Shown here piece by piece: positions 38,058 through 46,393 of a stretch of DNA of 64,000 nt. This stretch comes from Planctomycetales bacterium. Its GTDB lineage: Bacteria > Planctomycetota > Phycisphaerae > SM23-33. The position numbers and the translations under genes are program-made. The stretch's first letter is position 1; each line of letters begins with the position of its first letter. The stretch spans positions 134,648 through 198,647 of the forward strand of contig JAUWNJ010000001.1 of the NCBI GenBank assembly GCA_030612725.1. Reading direction: 5' to 3'. The notes under the pieces are model-generated. The model made no database searches, was not told the DNA's origin, and saw only the letters and a program-made list of their open reading frames with translations.

Positions 38058-38346
38058 CGGAACAGGCCCGGCGGGTGGCGGCGGACAAGGTAGCGGACAA
38101 GGTAGCGGACAAGGTGGTAGACAAGGTGGTGGACAAGGTGGTGGACAAGGTGGCGGACAAGGTGGCGGACAAGGTGGCGGACGCGGACGAGGACAGGGAC
38201 GCGGACGAATGGGCGGACCATTTGCCGCAGGAGCAGGCGGAGATTGCGTCTGCCCGAATTGCGGGCACAAGGCCCCACATGTGGCCGGTCAACCCTGTAA
38301 TCAGCAGTCCTGCCCGAAGTGCGGTGCAACAATGGCCAGAGGCTAA
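38044..38346 (+). CDS. DUF5320-like small protein: MPRGxGTGP N-terminus, (GQGG)n repeat, C-terminal double CPxCG zinc ribbon
   Basis: MPRGNGTGPAGGGGQGSGQGSGQGGRQGGGQGGGQGGGQGGGQGGGRGRGQGRGRMGG...GDCVCPNCGHKAPHVAGQPCNQQSCPKCGATMARG. An AAGGTGA RBS sits 7 nt upstream. The start overlaps the DUF89 gene by 14 nt. Confidence 0.5.
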   Translation: MPRGNGTGPAGGGGQGSGQGSGQGGRQGGGQGGGQGGGQGGGQGGGRGRGQGRGRMGGPFAAGAGGDCVCPNCGHKAPHVAGQPCNQQSCPKCGATMARG

Positions 38347-38436
38347 CCGGACAACGCGCCTTGTATGGGGAGCAGCCTTACGAGCCGCGACCGTGAGGGA
38401 GCGGTCAGGCCGATGCGAGAGTAGGTAGACTGAGAC

Positions 38437-38462
38437 GGAGCAGAGCGGAGTCCCACCTTTTT
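38437..38462. repeat. Half-copy of the 25864-25945 palindrome family (GACGGAGCAGAGCGGAGTCCCACCTTTTT)
   Basis: Shares GGAGCA(A/G)AGCGGAGTCCCACCTTTTT with 25873-25900; followed by CCCTTTTTTCA. Confidence 0.5.
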
Positions 38463-38470
38463 CCCTTTTT

Positions 38471-39202
38471 TCATCGGTTTGCGTGTCGCCGGAATGCTGT
38501 CCCTGCCAGAAGCCAACTGACTGTGAGCATCGTCGCCAAGACCAGGATGGGTATCCAGGGAGTAGGGAACCACGATTGGCCTGTAACACCGAAGCGCAGC
38601 AACTCCACCGTATGCGTCAGCGGCGAGACCATTGCAATCGGTCTGGCCCATGCCGGAAGGGCGTCGAGAGGCATGAACACGCCGCTGATGAACAGGATCG
38701 GGAATCGGAAAAAGTTCAACAGCGTCATCGCCTCGAAGACTTCTCTCACCCGCACCGCGATGATCATGCCAAGCAGGGCGAAGGTCGCCGCTCCGGCGAG
38801 CAGGCCGACGATAAAAACCGGAAGGTGAACCATCGGCATTTTCAGCAGCACCACCAGGCCAAGCGTAAGGACCGTCGAGGTGGCTACGCCGTAGGCCGCT
38901 GCGCTGACGACCTTTCCCAGAACAATCGTCTGATGCGATACAGGCGCAAGGAGCAGACGCTGCAAAGTCCCGGACCGCTTTTCCCACGTAATGACGATGG
39001 CGGCCATTGAGGTATTACCGAACAGGAGGGTCATTCCGATGATCCCCGGCGCAACGGTAAGATAAGTGGAAGGATTCTTGACGTATATGGCAAGCATCAG
39101 GACGGCGGGAAAGAGCAGTCCCCAGGTTACCAGCGGCGGCTTGGAGTAGTAACTTTCGACGTCCTTTCGACTGATGAACAATGCGCGTGCGATTTGGATC
39201 AT
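38471..39202 (-). CDS. ABC-2 type transporter permease
   Basis: Six TM helices; ABC-2 signature region; its start overlaps the ATPase stop (4 nt). Confidence 0.75.
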   Translation of the reverse strand: MIQIARALFISRKDVESYYSKPPLVTWGLLFPAVLMLAIYVKNPSTYLTVAPGIIGMTLLFGNTSMAAIVITWEKRSGTLQRLLLAPVSHQTIVLGKVVSAAAYGVATSTVLTLGLVVLLKMPMVHLPVFIVGLLAGAATFALLGMIIAVRVREVFEAMTLLNFFRFPILFISGVFMPLDALPAWARPIAMVSPLTHTVELLRFGVTGQSWFPTPWIPILVLATMLTVSWLLAGTAFRRHANR

Positions 39203-40155
39203 CGGCGCACCTCCGATCCGGCGGAGTTTTTCTCGAGGATCGCCATGAAGGCCTCTTCGAGACTCGGCGTCTCAGTGCTGATTTTCAGGATTTTCAGGCC
39301 TGATTTTTCCGCCCAGGCGACAATCTGCATTGTGGTCTGGTGGACATCGGCCACCTCGAACCGCCATTTTTCATCTGTGATGTTGGCGGACATAACGGCA
39401 GGGCACGCGGCGAGCAGGGTATCGACCGGGACATTTGCGGAAAAGACTACGGAGAGGATTTCGGCCCCGGCTGCCTGTCTGCCTATCTCGTCAGTCGCGC
39501 CTTCGGTAACGACTTTGCCTTTTATGAGGATGAGCACTTGGTCGGAGAGGTCCTCGGCTTCGGCGAGGTTGTGAGTCGTCAGGAAAACCGTCGTTCCGTG
39601 TCGGTTGATGGTTCGGATGAGTTCCCGAAGCGTCCGTGCGCTGGGCACGTCCAGCCCGGACGTCGGCTCATCGAAAAAGACCACTTCGGGGCTGTGCACC
39701 AGCGAGGCGGCAACGGTCAGGCGGCGTTTCATTCCGCGCGACAGCGCACGGAAGCGAACGGAGGCCTTTTCGGTAAGGTCGAACGTCTCCAGAAGTTCGT
39801 CCACTCGTCGGCGCCGCTCCGACCGCCCCAGGCCGTACAACTGACCGAGGTATTCCAGGTTCCGCCGGCAGGTGAGTTCCGGGTAGAGATTGGATTCTTC
39901 CGGAACGACGCCGATTCGTTGCTTGACGGCGACGCCTTCGCGATCAATGTCGAATCCGCAGACGCTCACCTGTCCGGCGTCGCGGTGCAGCAGACCGGCA
40001 AGGATGTTGATGGTGGTCGTCTTGCCGGCGCCGTTAGGCCCGAGGTAGGCGAATATCTCGCCTCGCCGGACGGTAAAATCGACCCGGTCCAAAGCCACAA
40101 GGTCGCCGTACCGGCGCATCAGGCCACGAACCTCGATTACGTTGTCGTTGCCCAC
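39199..40155 (-). CDS. ABC transporter ATP-binding protein
   Basis: Walker A GPNGAGKTT, signature LSRGMKRRL, Walker B VVFFDEPTSGLD. Confidence 0.85.
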   Translation of the reverse strand: MGNDNVIEVRGLMRRYGDLVALDRVDFTVRRGEIFAYLGPNGAGKTTTINILAGLLHRDAGQVSVCGFDIDREGVAVKQRIGVVPEESNLYPELTCRRNLEYLGQLYGLGRSERRRRVDELLETFDLTEKASVRFRALSRGMKRRLTVAASLVHSPEVVFFDEPTSGLDVPSARTLRELIRTINRHGTTVFLTTHNLAEAEDLSDQVLILIKGKVVTEGATDEIGRQAAGAEILSVVFSANVPVDTLLAACPAVMSANITDEKWRFEVADVHQTTMQIVAWAEKSGLKILKISTETPSLEEAFMAILEKNSAGSEVRR

Positions 40156-40168
40156 ATTTATCTCGTAA

Positions 40169-40241
40169 CACGGGCGTCTCGCCCGTAAGTAGCATGGCCG
40201 TCTCGGCCATGTTCTGTTCTTTCACGGGCGAGACGGCCGTG
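40169..40241. promoter_or_regulatory. Three consecutive short hairpins with GTCTCG/CGAGAC-type loops between the Cys-rich ORF and the ABC ATPase gene
   Basis: ACGGGCG-tctc-GCCCGT; CATGGCCG-tctc-GGCCATG; CACGGGCG-agac-GGCCGTG. Confidence 0.45.
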
Positions 40242-40259
40242 CCACGCCCAATTGCCCTA

Positions 40260-40400
40260 TTTGCAGCAATCATCCTTGGGTGCGCACGGGTGTTCGGTTA
40301 CGTCGCCGTGGCATTTCCGGATCTGCTCGGGCGAGCAGTCTTCGGGTCTGCCCTTCAGGTTTTCGGGCTTTTCGCAACAGGGTTTGTTTTCTTCGCACAT
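40260..40400 (-). CDS. 47-aa Cys/His-rich putative metal-binding peptide, absent from the ORF track; overlaps the ArsR 3' end in another frame
   Basis: MCEENKPCCEKPENLKGRPEDCSPEQIRKCHGDVTEHPCAPKDDCCK (8 Cys, 2 His), TAG stop at 40257-40259. Its ATG lies inside the ...CCATGTGCG... of the ArsR C-terminus, a 45-nt overlap. Confidence 0.45.
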
Positions 40401-40786
40401 GGTTTTATCCTTTCAGAAATTTTCTGTTGACACTGCTTTATGTCGGCGGTGCCAGGTTCTAAAAAACGGTCTGTTACATTTTTCCATTTGGCGATGGTTT
40501 TGTTGTTCAGACGATAGTGAACGTAGTAGCCGTGTTTTTCGTCTGTAACCAGTCCGGCGTCGCGGAGTATTCGCAGGTGTTGCGAGACGGCCCCGGCCGT
40601 TACGCCAAGCTTCGCCGACATCGCCCCGACACACAATGCCCGACCCTTGAGCAACTCAATAATCCGCACTCGTGTATCCACGGACAGGACTTTGCAGATT
40701 CTGGCGAGTTCACGTGCATCGCTCACAGTTTGGCCATCCTTTTTAGTATCCGCTAAAAAACTAATACAAAATCCAGGGAATGTCAA
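40355..40786 (-). CDS. ArsR/SmtB-family metalloregulator
   Basis: Winged-helix core LARICKVLSVDTRVRIIELLKGRALCVGAMSAKLGVTAGAVSQHLRILRDAGLV with the CVG metal-site Cys. Start uncertain. Confidence 0.7.
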   Translation of the reverse strand: MTFPGFCISFLADTKKDGQTVSDARELARICKVLSVDTRVRIIELLKGRALCVGAMSAKLGVTAGAVSQHLRILRDAGLVTDEKHGYYVHYRLNNKTIAKWKNVTDRFLEPGTADIKQCQQKISERIKPCAKKTNPVAKSPKT

Positions 40787-40906
40787 GCAATTAAAGGAAG
40801 TGATTTTCGACGGGTAAAACCGTTACCGGTCCCGCCTTGTGAATAACGCAATCTCAAAAAAATACATTCTCTGGAAAAAGAGCGCGGCGTCGTTTATTAA
40901 TGCGGC

Positions 40907-42307
40907 ATGCTCGGCGACGCATTTCAACCTGAAATTCGCGAATTGATTATCAGGAAAGATTTCGCGATGCTCAAGAAGTACATGACCGCTCTGGACTCAC
41001 CGGACGTAGCCGAACTTGTCGGCGACCTGGACGGCGAGGAACTCGGCGTAGTCTTCCGTCTCCTTCCACGCCAAATCGCAGCCGAGGTCTTTTCGCTCCT
41101 GGAACTGGAAAAACAGGAACACCTTCTGGAGGTGCTTTACGGTGAGGCCCTTGCCGGCATCCTCAACGAGATGCCGCCGGACGACCGGACGGAACTGCTC
41201 GAAGACCTTCCCGAAGATGTCGCAACCAGGTTAATCGGAAGCCTCAGCCCAGCCGAACGCCAGGTCGCCACCGACCTGCTTCGGTATCCTGAAGATTCCA
41301 TAGGTCGGCTTATGACGCCGGAGTTTGTCGCCATTGACGCCGGCGCTACCGTCCGCGGCGTGCTGGACCACCTCCGCGAAGTCGCACCGCAGAAAGAGAC
41401 CATCAACGTCCTGTATGTCGTCGATTCCGACGGCAGGCTAATAGACGACATCAGCCTGGAAGATTTGGTACTGGCTGAACCCGATTCCGTCGTCGGCGAA
41501 ATTATCGACCGCCACCCGGTAAGCCTCCAGGCCACCGCCGACCGCGAGGAGGCTGTCGATATTATCAAGAAATACGACGCCGTCGCCCTTCCGGTCGTCG
41601 ATGAAACCGGAATCATGGTCGGTATCGTTACCATCGACGACGTGATGGACGTAGCCGAGGAAGAAAACACCGAGGACTTCCAGAAGATGGCCGGCGTCGG
41701 CGCTCTGGAAGAACCCTACTTCGCGACGACTTATCCCGAAATGCTCCGCAAGCGACTGCCTTGGCTGGCGATGCTGTTCGCTGCCGAGATATTGACCGTC
41801 CTTGCCCTGACGAATTTCCAAAACACCCTCAACGTAGCAATGTTCGCGCTGATAGTGCTCTTCATGCCGCTGGTCAACGCCACCGCCGGTAACACAGGTT
41901 CGCAAATGGCAGGTCTGGTAATTCGAGGTCTGGCAGTCCGCGAAATGGAGCCGGGGCACTGGTGGCGGATACTGATGCGCGAATTGGCCCTGGGCTCGAC
42001 GATGGGGGTGATACTGGGCGTGCTGGGAGTGGTCGCTGCGATGGTGCTGCTGAGCCTGGGTCAAGCCGGCGCTTCCATGTCGGATGTCTCGCGATGGTCC
42101 AATGCCATCGCCGTCGGCGTCAGTATCACAGCGGCTGTAATTGTCGCAAATCTCGCCGGAGCCATGATACCGCTCCTGTTCAAACGCCTCGGAATGGACC
42201 CCGCCGTTACGTCCGGCCCGTTCCTCGCCTCAATAATGGACGTAACCGGCGTGATGATATATTTCTCCGTCGCATCGGGAATACTGGTGCTGCTGCAAAC
42301 AACATAG
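40907..42307 (+). CDS. mgtE: Magnesium transporter MgtE
   Basis: MgtE N domain, tandem CBS domains and a C-terminal MgtE TM domain (PFLASIMDVTG). Confidence 0.85.
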   Translation: MLGDAFQPEIRELIIRKDFAMLKKYMTALDSPDVAELVGDLDGEELGVVFRLLPRQIAAEVFSLLELEKQEHLLEVLYGEALAGILNEMPPDDRTELLEDLPEDVATRLIGSLSPAERQVATDLLRYPEDSIGRLMTPEFVAIDAGATVRGVLDHLREVAPQKETINVLYVVDSDGRLIDDISLEDLVLAEPDSVVGEIIDRHPVSLQATADREEAVDIIKKYDAVALPVVDETGIMVGIVTIDDVMDVAEEENTEDFQKMAGVGALEEPYFATTYPEMLRKRLPWLAMLFAAEILTVLALTNFQNTLNVAMFALIVLFMPLVNATAGNTGSQMAGLVIRGLAVREMEPGHWWRILMRELALGSTMGVILGVLGVVAAMVLLSLGQAGASMSDVSRWSNAIAVGVSITAAVIVANLAGAMIPLLFKRLGMDPAVTSGPFLASIMDVTGVMIYFSVASGILVLLQTT

Positions 42308-42382
42308 CCGGCAGTGTGCGTTCAAAGGTTGAGGGCAGCCATAGAAGTCCGGAATGTCAGGGACAATTTACGGAGAACAATC

Positions 42383-44017
42383 ATGAAGACGAAAAATACT
42401 GAAGATCGGACAAATCAAAGGGATAATACCCGCGCATTTTCAATGGTAAGCCTGATTGCAGGCCTGGCTATTGCGTCTATGCCATTGCCCGCCGCTGCGG
42501 CAAAGGCGCCCGTTCCATCTTTGACCCTTTCAAACGCCAAGGCCACTGCCGTCAGGGACACTTCCGTGGTCATTTGGTGGGACACGGTTGTACCGGCTGA
42601 CGGGCGGATAGAGTACGGATTGAACGCCAGGTACGGCAAATCGACGAAGAAAAAAGGTTTGAGTTATTTCCATACCGTCAAGGTTGCAGGCCTTACGCCC
42701 GGAACGACGTATCACTACAGAATCAGGGCAAAGGACTCCGGGGGCAAAGAGGCGGTATCCAAAGATTACACCTTTACCACCCGCACCGCGAAGGAACTGG
42801 AAAAGACAATACGAGCGGCAAGAAAGAACCACGACCTGCCCAAGACCTATTATGTCAAAACAAACGGAGATGATTCCGCCGACGGCCTGTCTCCAAAAAC
42901 CGCCTGGCGACATCCTTCTTGTGCCGCTCAGCAAGTCGAGGCAGGAGATACGATTCGTCTTATAGACGACCCCAAAAACCCTGATGACGGAGTCTGGAAA
43001 GATGAGCATATAGTTTTTTCTAATTCCGGCATTGACGTAGCGCCTATTACAATAACTTCTCACAACGGCGCGCCGACTCTGGACGGGGTTGATGATGCGC
43101 CTAAAGAGGCGGGGATCAAAATAGAGAACGGCAAGGGTTACATTGATATAACCGGAAAACTCGTTATAAAAAATTATTTCAATGGGATATATGCTTCAGA
43201 TGTGCATCACATAAATATCAAAGACGTAACATTAACTTCCAATTGTGCCTTTCAAATACATTTCAAGCCGAACTGCAAGCATATATGTATAGACGGCGTG
43301 GAAATTACGGATAACGACAAGGGAAAAAGAGGAGGCGCCATTGTTTTCCAAAGTTGGAGAGCGCCGAGCAAATATCTGACGGTTAGAAACAGCAGATTCA
43401 AGACGAACCGGCATGACGCCATTAATTATCACACCAACACCCAGTACGGCCTGGTGGAGAACAATACGATCCACGACGCTTCATACGGCGCGGCAATAAT
43501 GATTCACAATTACAGCAATAAGAACATAGTCATAAGAAACAACAAGATAATAGACAGCACAAGGGGAATCCAACTCGTCGGCGTGGAGAACTGTTTAGTG
43601 CAGGACAATACTATCACGAACAGCCGTGCCCGCTACGGAATTTTGCTCTTTACCTACGAGGATCATCGCAGCTGGATAAAGAACGTTACAATAAGAAACA
43701 ACACGATCAAACGGTCCGCGGCTATGGGTATATACTTTGTGGTTGGGAAGAAAGCGGCAATATCGGATGTGCTTTGTGAGAACAATTCGATGGAGAAGTC
43801 CTTCAGCCTCGAAGGCGCGAATATATCCGACATTACAGTGAGGAATATGCGAGACAAGGCGAGAACATTTATAATAAAAAAGCATCCTGTTTCGAATCTG
43901 CGAGTCGAATTCACGGATGGCAGGAAATTTTCCGTTGACGGAAAAGGCAAATATCCGGCCTATACATTCCCGTCCGGAACTCGTGGAACTCACAAGATTA
44001 AGGTGATTGGGAAATAG
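42383..44017 (+). CDS. Secreted protein: purple-acid-phosphatase-N/FN3-like domain plus right-handed parallel beta-helix repeats. The beta-helix-encoding 3' two-thirds is AT-rich.
   Basis: Signal MVSLIAGLAIASMPLPAAAA; VVIWWDT...GTTYHYRIRAKD (PAP N/FN3-like); PbH1-like repeats NNTIHD, IRNNKI, DNTITN, IRNNTI. DNA from about 42950 onward is visibly lower in GC than the gene's 5' part. GGAGAA RBS before ATG 42383. Confidence 0.6.
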   Translation: MKTKNTEDRTNQRDNTRAFSMVSLIAGLAIASMPLPAAAAKAPVPSLTLSNAKATAVRDTSVVIWWDTVVPADGRIEYGLNARYGKSTKKKGLSYFHTVKVAGLTPGTTYHYRIRAKDSGGKEAVSKDYTFTTRTAKELEKTIRAARKNHDLPKTYYVKTNGDDSADGLSPKTAWRHPSCAAQQVEAGDTIRLIDDPKNPDDGVWKDEHIVFSNSGIDVAPITITSHNGAPTLDGVDDAPKEAGIKIENGKGYIDITGKLVIKNYFNGIYASDVHHINIKDVTLTSNCAFQIHFKPNCKHICIDGVEITDNDKGKRGGAIVFQSWRAPSKYLTVRNSRFKTNRHDAINYHTNTQYGLVENNTIHDASYGAAIMIHNYSNKNIVIRNNKIIDSTRGIQLVGVENCLVQDNTITNSRARYGILLFTYEDHRSWIKNVTIRNNTIKRSAAMGIYFVVGKKAAISDVLCENNSMEKSFSLEGANISDITVRNMRDKARTFIIKKHPVSNLRVEFTDGRKFSVDGKGKYPAYTFPSGTRGTHKIKVIGK

Positions 44018-44092
44018 GGGAATTAAGGGCGGCGTCTTTAAGTTGGAGCGCCCCCTGGGGGCAGGCAAACACCGCGAACACGGCGCCCGCCG

Positions 44093-44884
44093 ATGAAATC
44101 AGGAAAGTGTGCGAGTAGCATGTGTGAATCGGAGAAAGTCGCAATCGATAGCCCCGGCGAATCGCCGTTTGGCGGTTTATCATTGCTGGGCCGATTCGGC
44201 AGGCTGTCTGTTGTTACGCTGGTGGTTTCGAATCTGATCCCCCTGTTCGGGGTGATTTTTGCGGGGTGGCGAGTGTTTCCCATCATGCTGCTCTTCAGCC
44301 TCGAAAATATCATTATCGGATTCTACAACGTTCTCCGCATGTGCATGGCTCCCTGCGACCTCGAAGAACTCGAAAGAACAAGTGAAGGCATCCACACCAA
44401 ACAGGGATTGATACTTTTCTTTTGCGTCCACTACGGCATGTTCGTTTTCGGGCACCTGTTTTTCGTAATCGTCTTTTTCGGCCTGGCTGGATTATCCGGG
44501 GGCGAACACCAGACAGGAACAACAATCTCGGTATCATGGGAGGACGCTGTTGCTACCGGCGAGCCTCTGGTTACAAATTGGTGGGGACTCGGCATCGCGT
44601 TTGTAGCCTGTTTTATCAGCCACGGGGTCTCCTATGTGAAGAACTTCATCGGATCCGGCGAATATAAACGGGTAACTGCCAACAAACTGATGATCAGACC
44701 TTATGGTCGGATGATCGTTCTGCACATTACGATAATCTTCGGCGCTTTCCTTGTAGTATCTACGGGAACGCACGTTGCCGCCATTGTGCTTCTGGTCGTT
44801 CTGAAGTTGATTCTGGACCTGGCTGGACACCTGTACGAGAGGAAGAAGTTTCGTCAGCGTACCCAGGGGGAAATACCGGGATAA
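44093..44884 (+). CDS. Hypothetical polytopic membrane protein
   Basis: Five or six TM helices; no known motif. Start uncertain. Confidence 0.4.
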   Translation: MKSGKCASSMCESEKVAIDSPGESPFGGLSLLGRFGRLSVVTLVVSNLIPLFGVIFAGWRVFPIMLLFSLENIIIGFYNVLRMCMAPCDLEELERTSEGIHTKQGLILFFCVHYGMFVFGHLFFVIVFFGLAGLSGGEHQTGTTISVSWEDAVATGEPLVTNWWGLGIAFVACFISHGVSYVKNFIGSGEYKRVTANKLMIRPYGRMIVLHITIIFGAFLVVSTGTHVAAIVLLVVLKLILDLAGHLYERKKFRQRTQGEIPG

Positions 44885-44973
44885 TATCGGGCCTGTTGCG
44901 GATGCCGTGGGGAAACCCTTCCTGAAACTCAACTGGTACAGTTTTTGGGGGGCAGACCACCTTGACCGCGCTG

Positions 44974-45112
44974 CGTTCGCGTTTGCGCGCGCAAAGGCGA
45001 ACGTAAAAATCAGGGTCACGAAAAATTCCAAAAAAACTTTTCCCAAGGCCGCCAAGGACTTATGGCGTCGCTATCCGTTTTGTGTTCGCCTTTGCGCGCG
45101 CAAACGCGAACG
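44974..45112. mobile_element. MITE-like unit of about 140 bp bounded by two 30-bp quasi-palindromes that are exact reverse complements of each other
   Basis: CGTTCGCGTTTGCGCGCGCAAAGGCGAACG (44974-45003) and GTTCGCCTTTGCGCGCGCAAACGCGAACG (45084-45112). The 80-bp core is AT-rich. Confidence 0.4.
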
Positions 45113-45137
45113 GAAAAGATAATATAGAGAACAGATA

Positions 45138-45168
45138 GGGACTTGGGACTAGGGTTTAGGGACTAGGG
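45138..45168. repeat. GGGACTTGGGACTAGGGTTTAGGGACTAGGG, second locus of the GGGACTTGGGACTAGGG motif
   Basis: Identical 17-mer to 20435-20451; an AACAGAA...AAAA tract follows at both loci. Confidence 0.6.
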
Positions 45169-45193
45169 AACAGAAGAAAAGAAAAATAGATGA

Positions 45194-45296
45194 ACCAATC
45201 AACCAGTCAACCAGTCAACCAATCAACCAATCAACGGATTAACCGGAATACCGGAATACCGAGGGATCCGCAATCCGCAATCCACAATCCGCAATG
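45194..45296. repeat. Composite microsatellite block: (CAACCARTx5), (CCGGAATA)x2, (ATCCGCA)x4
   Basis: CCAATCAACCAGTCAACCAGTCAACCAATCAACCAATCAACGG...AACCGGAATACCGGAATACC...GGATCCGCAATCCGCAATCCACAATCCGCAATGG. Confidence 0.75.
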
Positions 45297-45410
45297 GCAC
45301 TCTGGGCCGTTTAGGCAAGCCAGGCAATGGTGGATTTTTTGAAATGGGCGAAAAAATGACCCCGAAAATCGTAACTGCTTGCACGCCAAGGATTTGCGGA
45401 TTTTGGAAAC

Positions 45411-45515
45411 TTTCCCAATTGTTCCCAATCGTTCCGAATCGTTCCCAATCGTTCCCATTTGTTCCCAATCGTTCCGAATCGTTCCGAATTGTTCCGTTTC
45501 GTTCCGTTTCGTTCC
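45411..45515. repeat. About 10-11 tandem copies of a 10-mer (TTCC[CG]AAT[CT]G)
   Basis: TTCCCAATTGTTCCCAATCGTTCCGAATCGTTCCCAATCGTTCCCATTTGTTCCCAATCGTTCCGAATCGTTCCGAATTGTTCCGTTTCGTTCCGTTTCGTTCCGG. Confidence 0.8.
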
Positions 45516-45547
45516 GGTTAAAGGCGCTGCTCATTTGGGACGGACCG

Positions 45548-46363
45548 TTACCGTTCCGGTGCGAAGAGTTCGTCCATCTTCGCAGCCACGTCGTCTGCCT
45601 GCATGAGCGTCTGTCCTATCAGGACGGTATTGACGCCCGCGTCGGCCAGACGCTTTGTGTCGGTTCGCGTCTTGATTCCCGATTCGCTCACGAGCACCGT
45701 CCGATCGGGGACAAGTTCCGCCAGCCTGAGAGTCGTGGCGATGTCCGTCTCGAATGTTGTCAAGTCGCGGTTGTTGATTCCGAGCAAACTATAGGATGCG
45801 TGCGGGAATCCGATCATCGACCGGATGCGCATGAAGTTGTCTGGGTTGTGGGTTTCGACCAGGCAGGTGAGTTTCAGCGAAGCAGCAAGTATCATCAGGT
45901 CGGTCAGTTCGCCGGGCGTGAGGCACTCGGCTATCAGGAGTATCGCGTCGGCTCCGGCGACTCGACTTTGGAGAACCTGGTACGGGTCGATGATGAAGTC
46001 CTTTCGCAGGACGGGAAGGCTGACTGCCTGGCGAACGGCTTGGAGGTCGTCGAGCGAACCGCTGAAGTATTGTTCGTCGGTCAGGACGCTGATGGCGTCA
46101 GCGCCTGCGTCTGCGTATTTTCGGGCGATTGCGGCGGGGTCGAAATCAGCGCAAATCACCCCGGCCGACGGCGAGGCCTTTTTGACTTCGGCGATGACGT
46201 TGAGGAGTTTTTCGCCCTTGCGTGTGCACGCGGAGAAGAAGTTCCGCACCGGCGGCGCGTCGGCGATACCGGCTTGGAGTTGCTCGATCGGACGGCTGCG
46301 TTTGAGGCGGGCGATTTCTTTCCGCTTGGTTTCGACGATTCGGTCTAATATATTCCCAGTCAC
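45548..46363 (-). CDS. trpC: Indole-3-glycerol phosphate synthase
   Basis: IAEVKKASPS, LRKDFIIDPYQ, LIGINNRDL: IGPS signatures. Confidence 0.85.
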   Translation of the reverse strand: MTGNILDRIVETKRKEIARLKRSRPIEQLQAGIADAPPVRNFFSACTRKGEKLLNVIAEVKKASPSAGVICADFDPAAIARKYADAGADAISVLTDEQYFSGSLDDLQAVRQAVSLPVLRKDFIIDPYQVLQSRVAGADAILLIAECLTPGELTDLMILAASLKLTCLVETHNPDNFMRIRSMIGFPHASYSLLGINNRDLTTFETDIATTLRLAELVPDRTVLVSESGIKTRTDTKRLADAGVNTVLIGQTLMQADDVAAKMDELFAPER

Positions 46364-46393
46364 GAAAGGTTACATTAAAAGGCTATCGAAACG

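Noticed and set aside
45120-45540. Possible CRISPR array
   Set aside because: The repeats are 7-10 nt tandem microsatellites with no spacers of uniform length and no cas genes nearby. No CRISPR array is present anywhere in the window.
45344-46348. 334-aa plus-strand ORF
   Set aside because: It is antisense to trpC, and its 5' end runs through the 10-mer tandem repeats.
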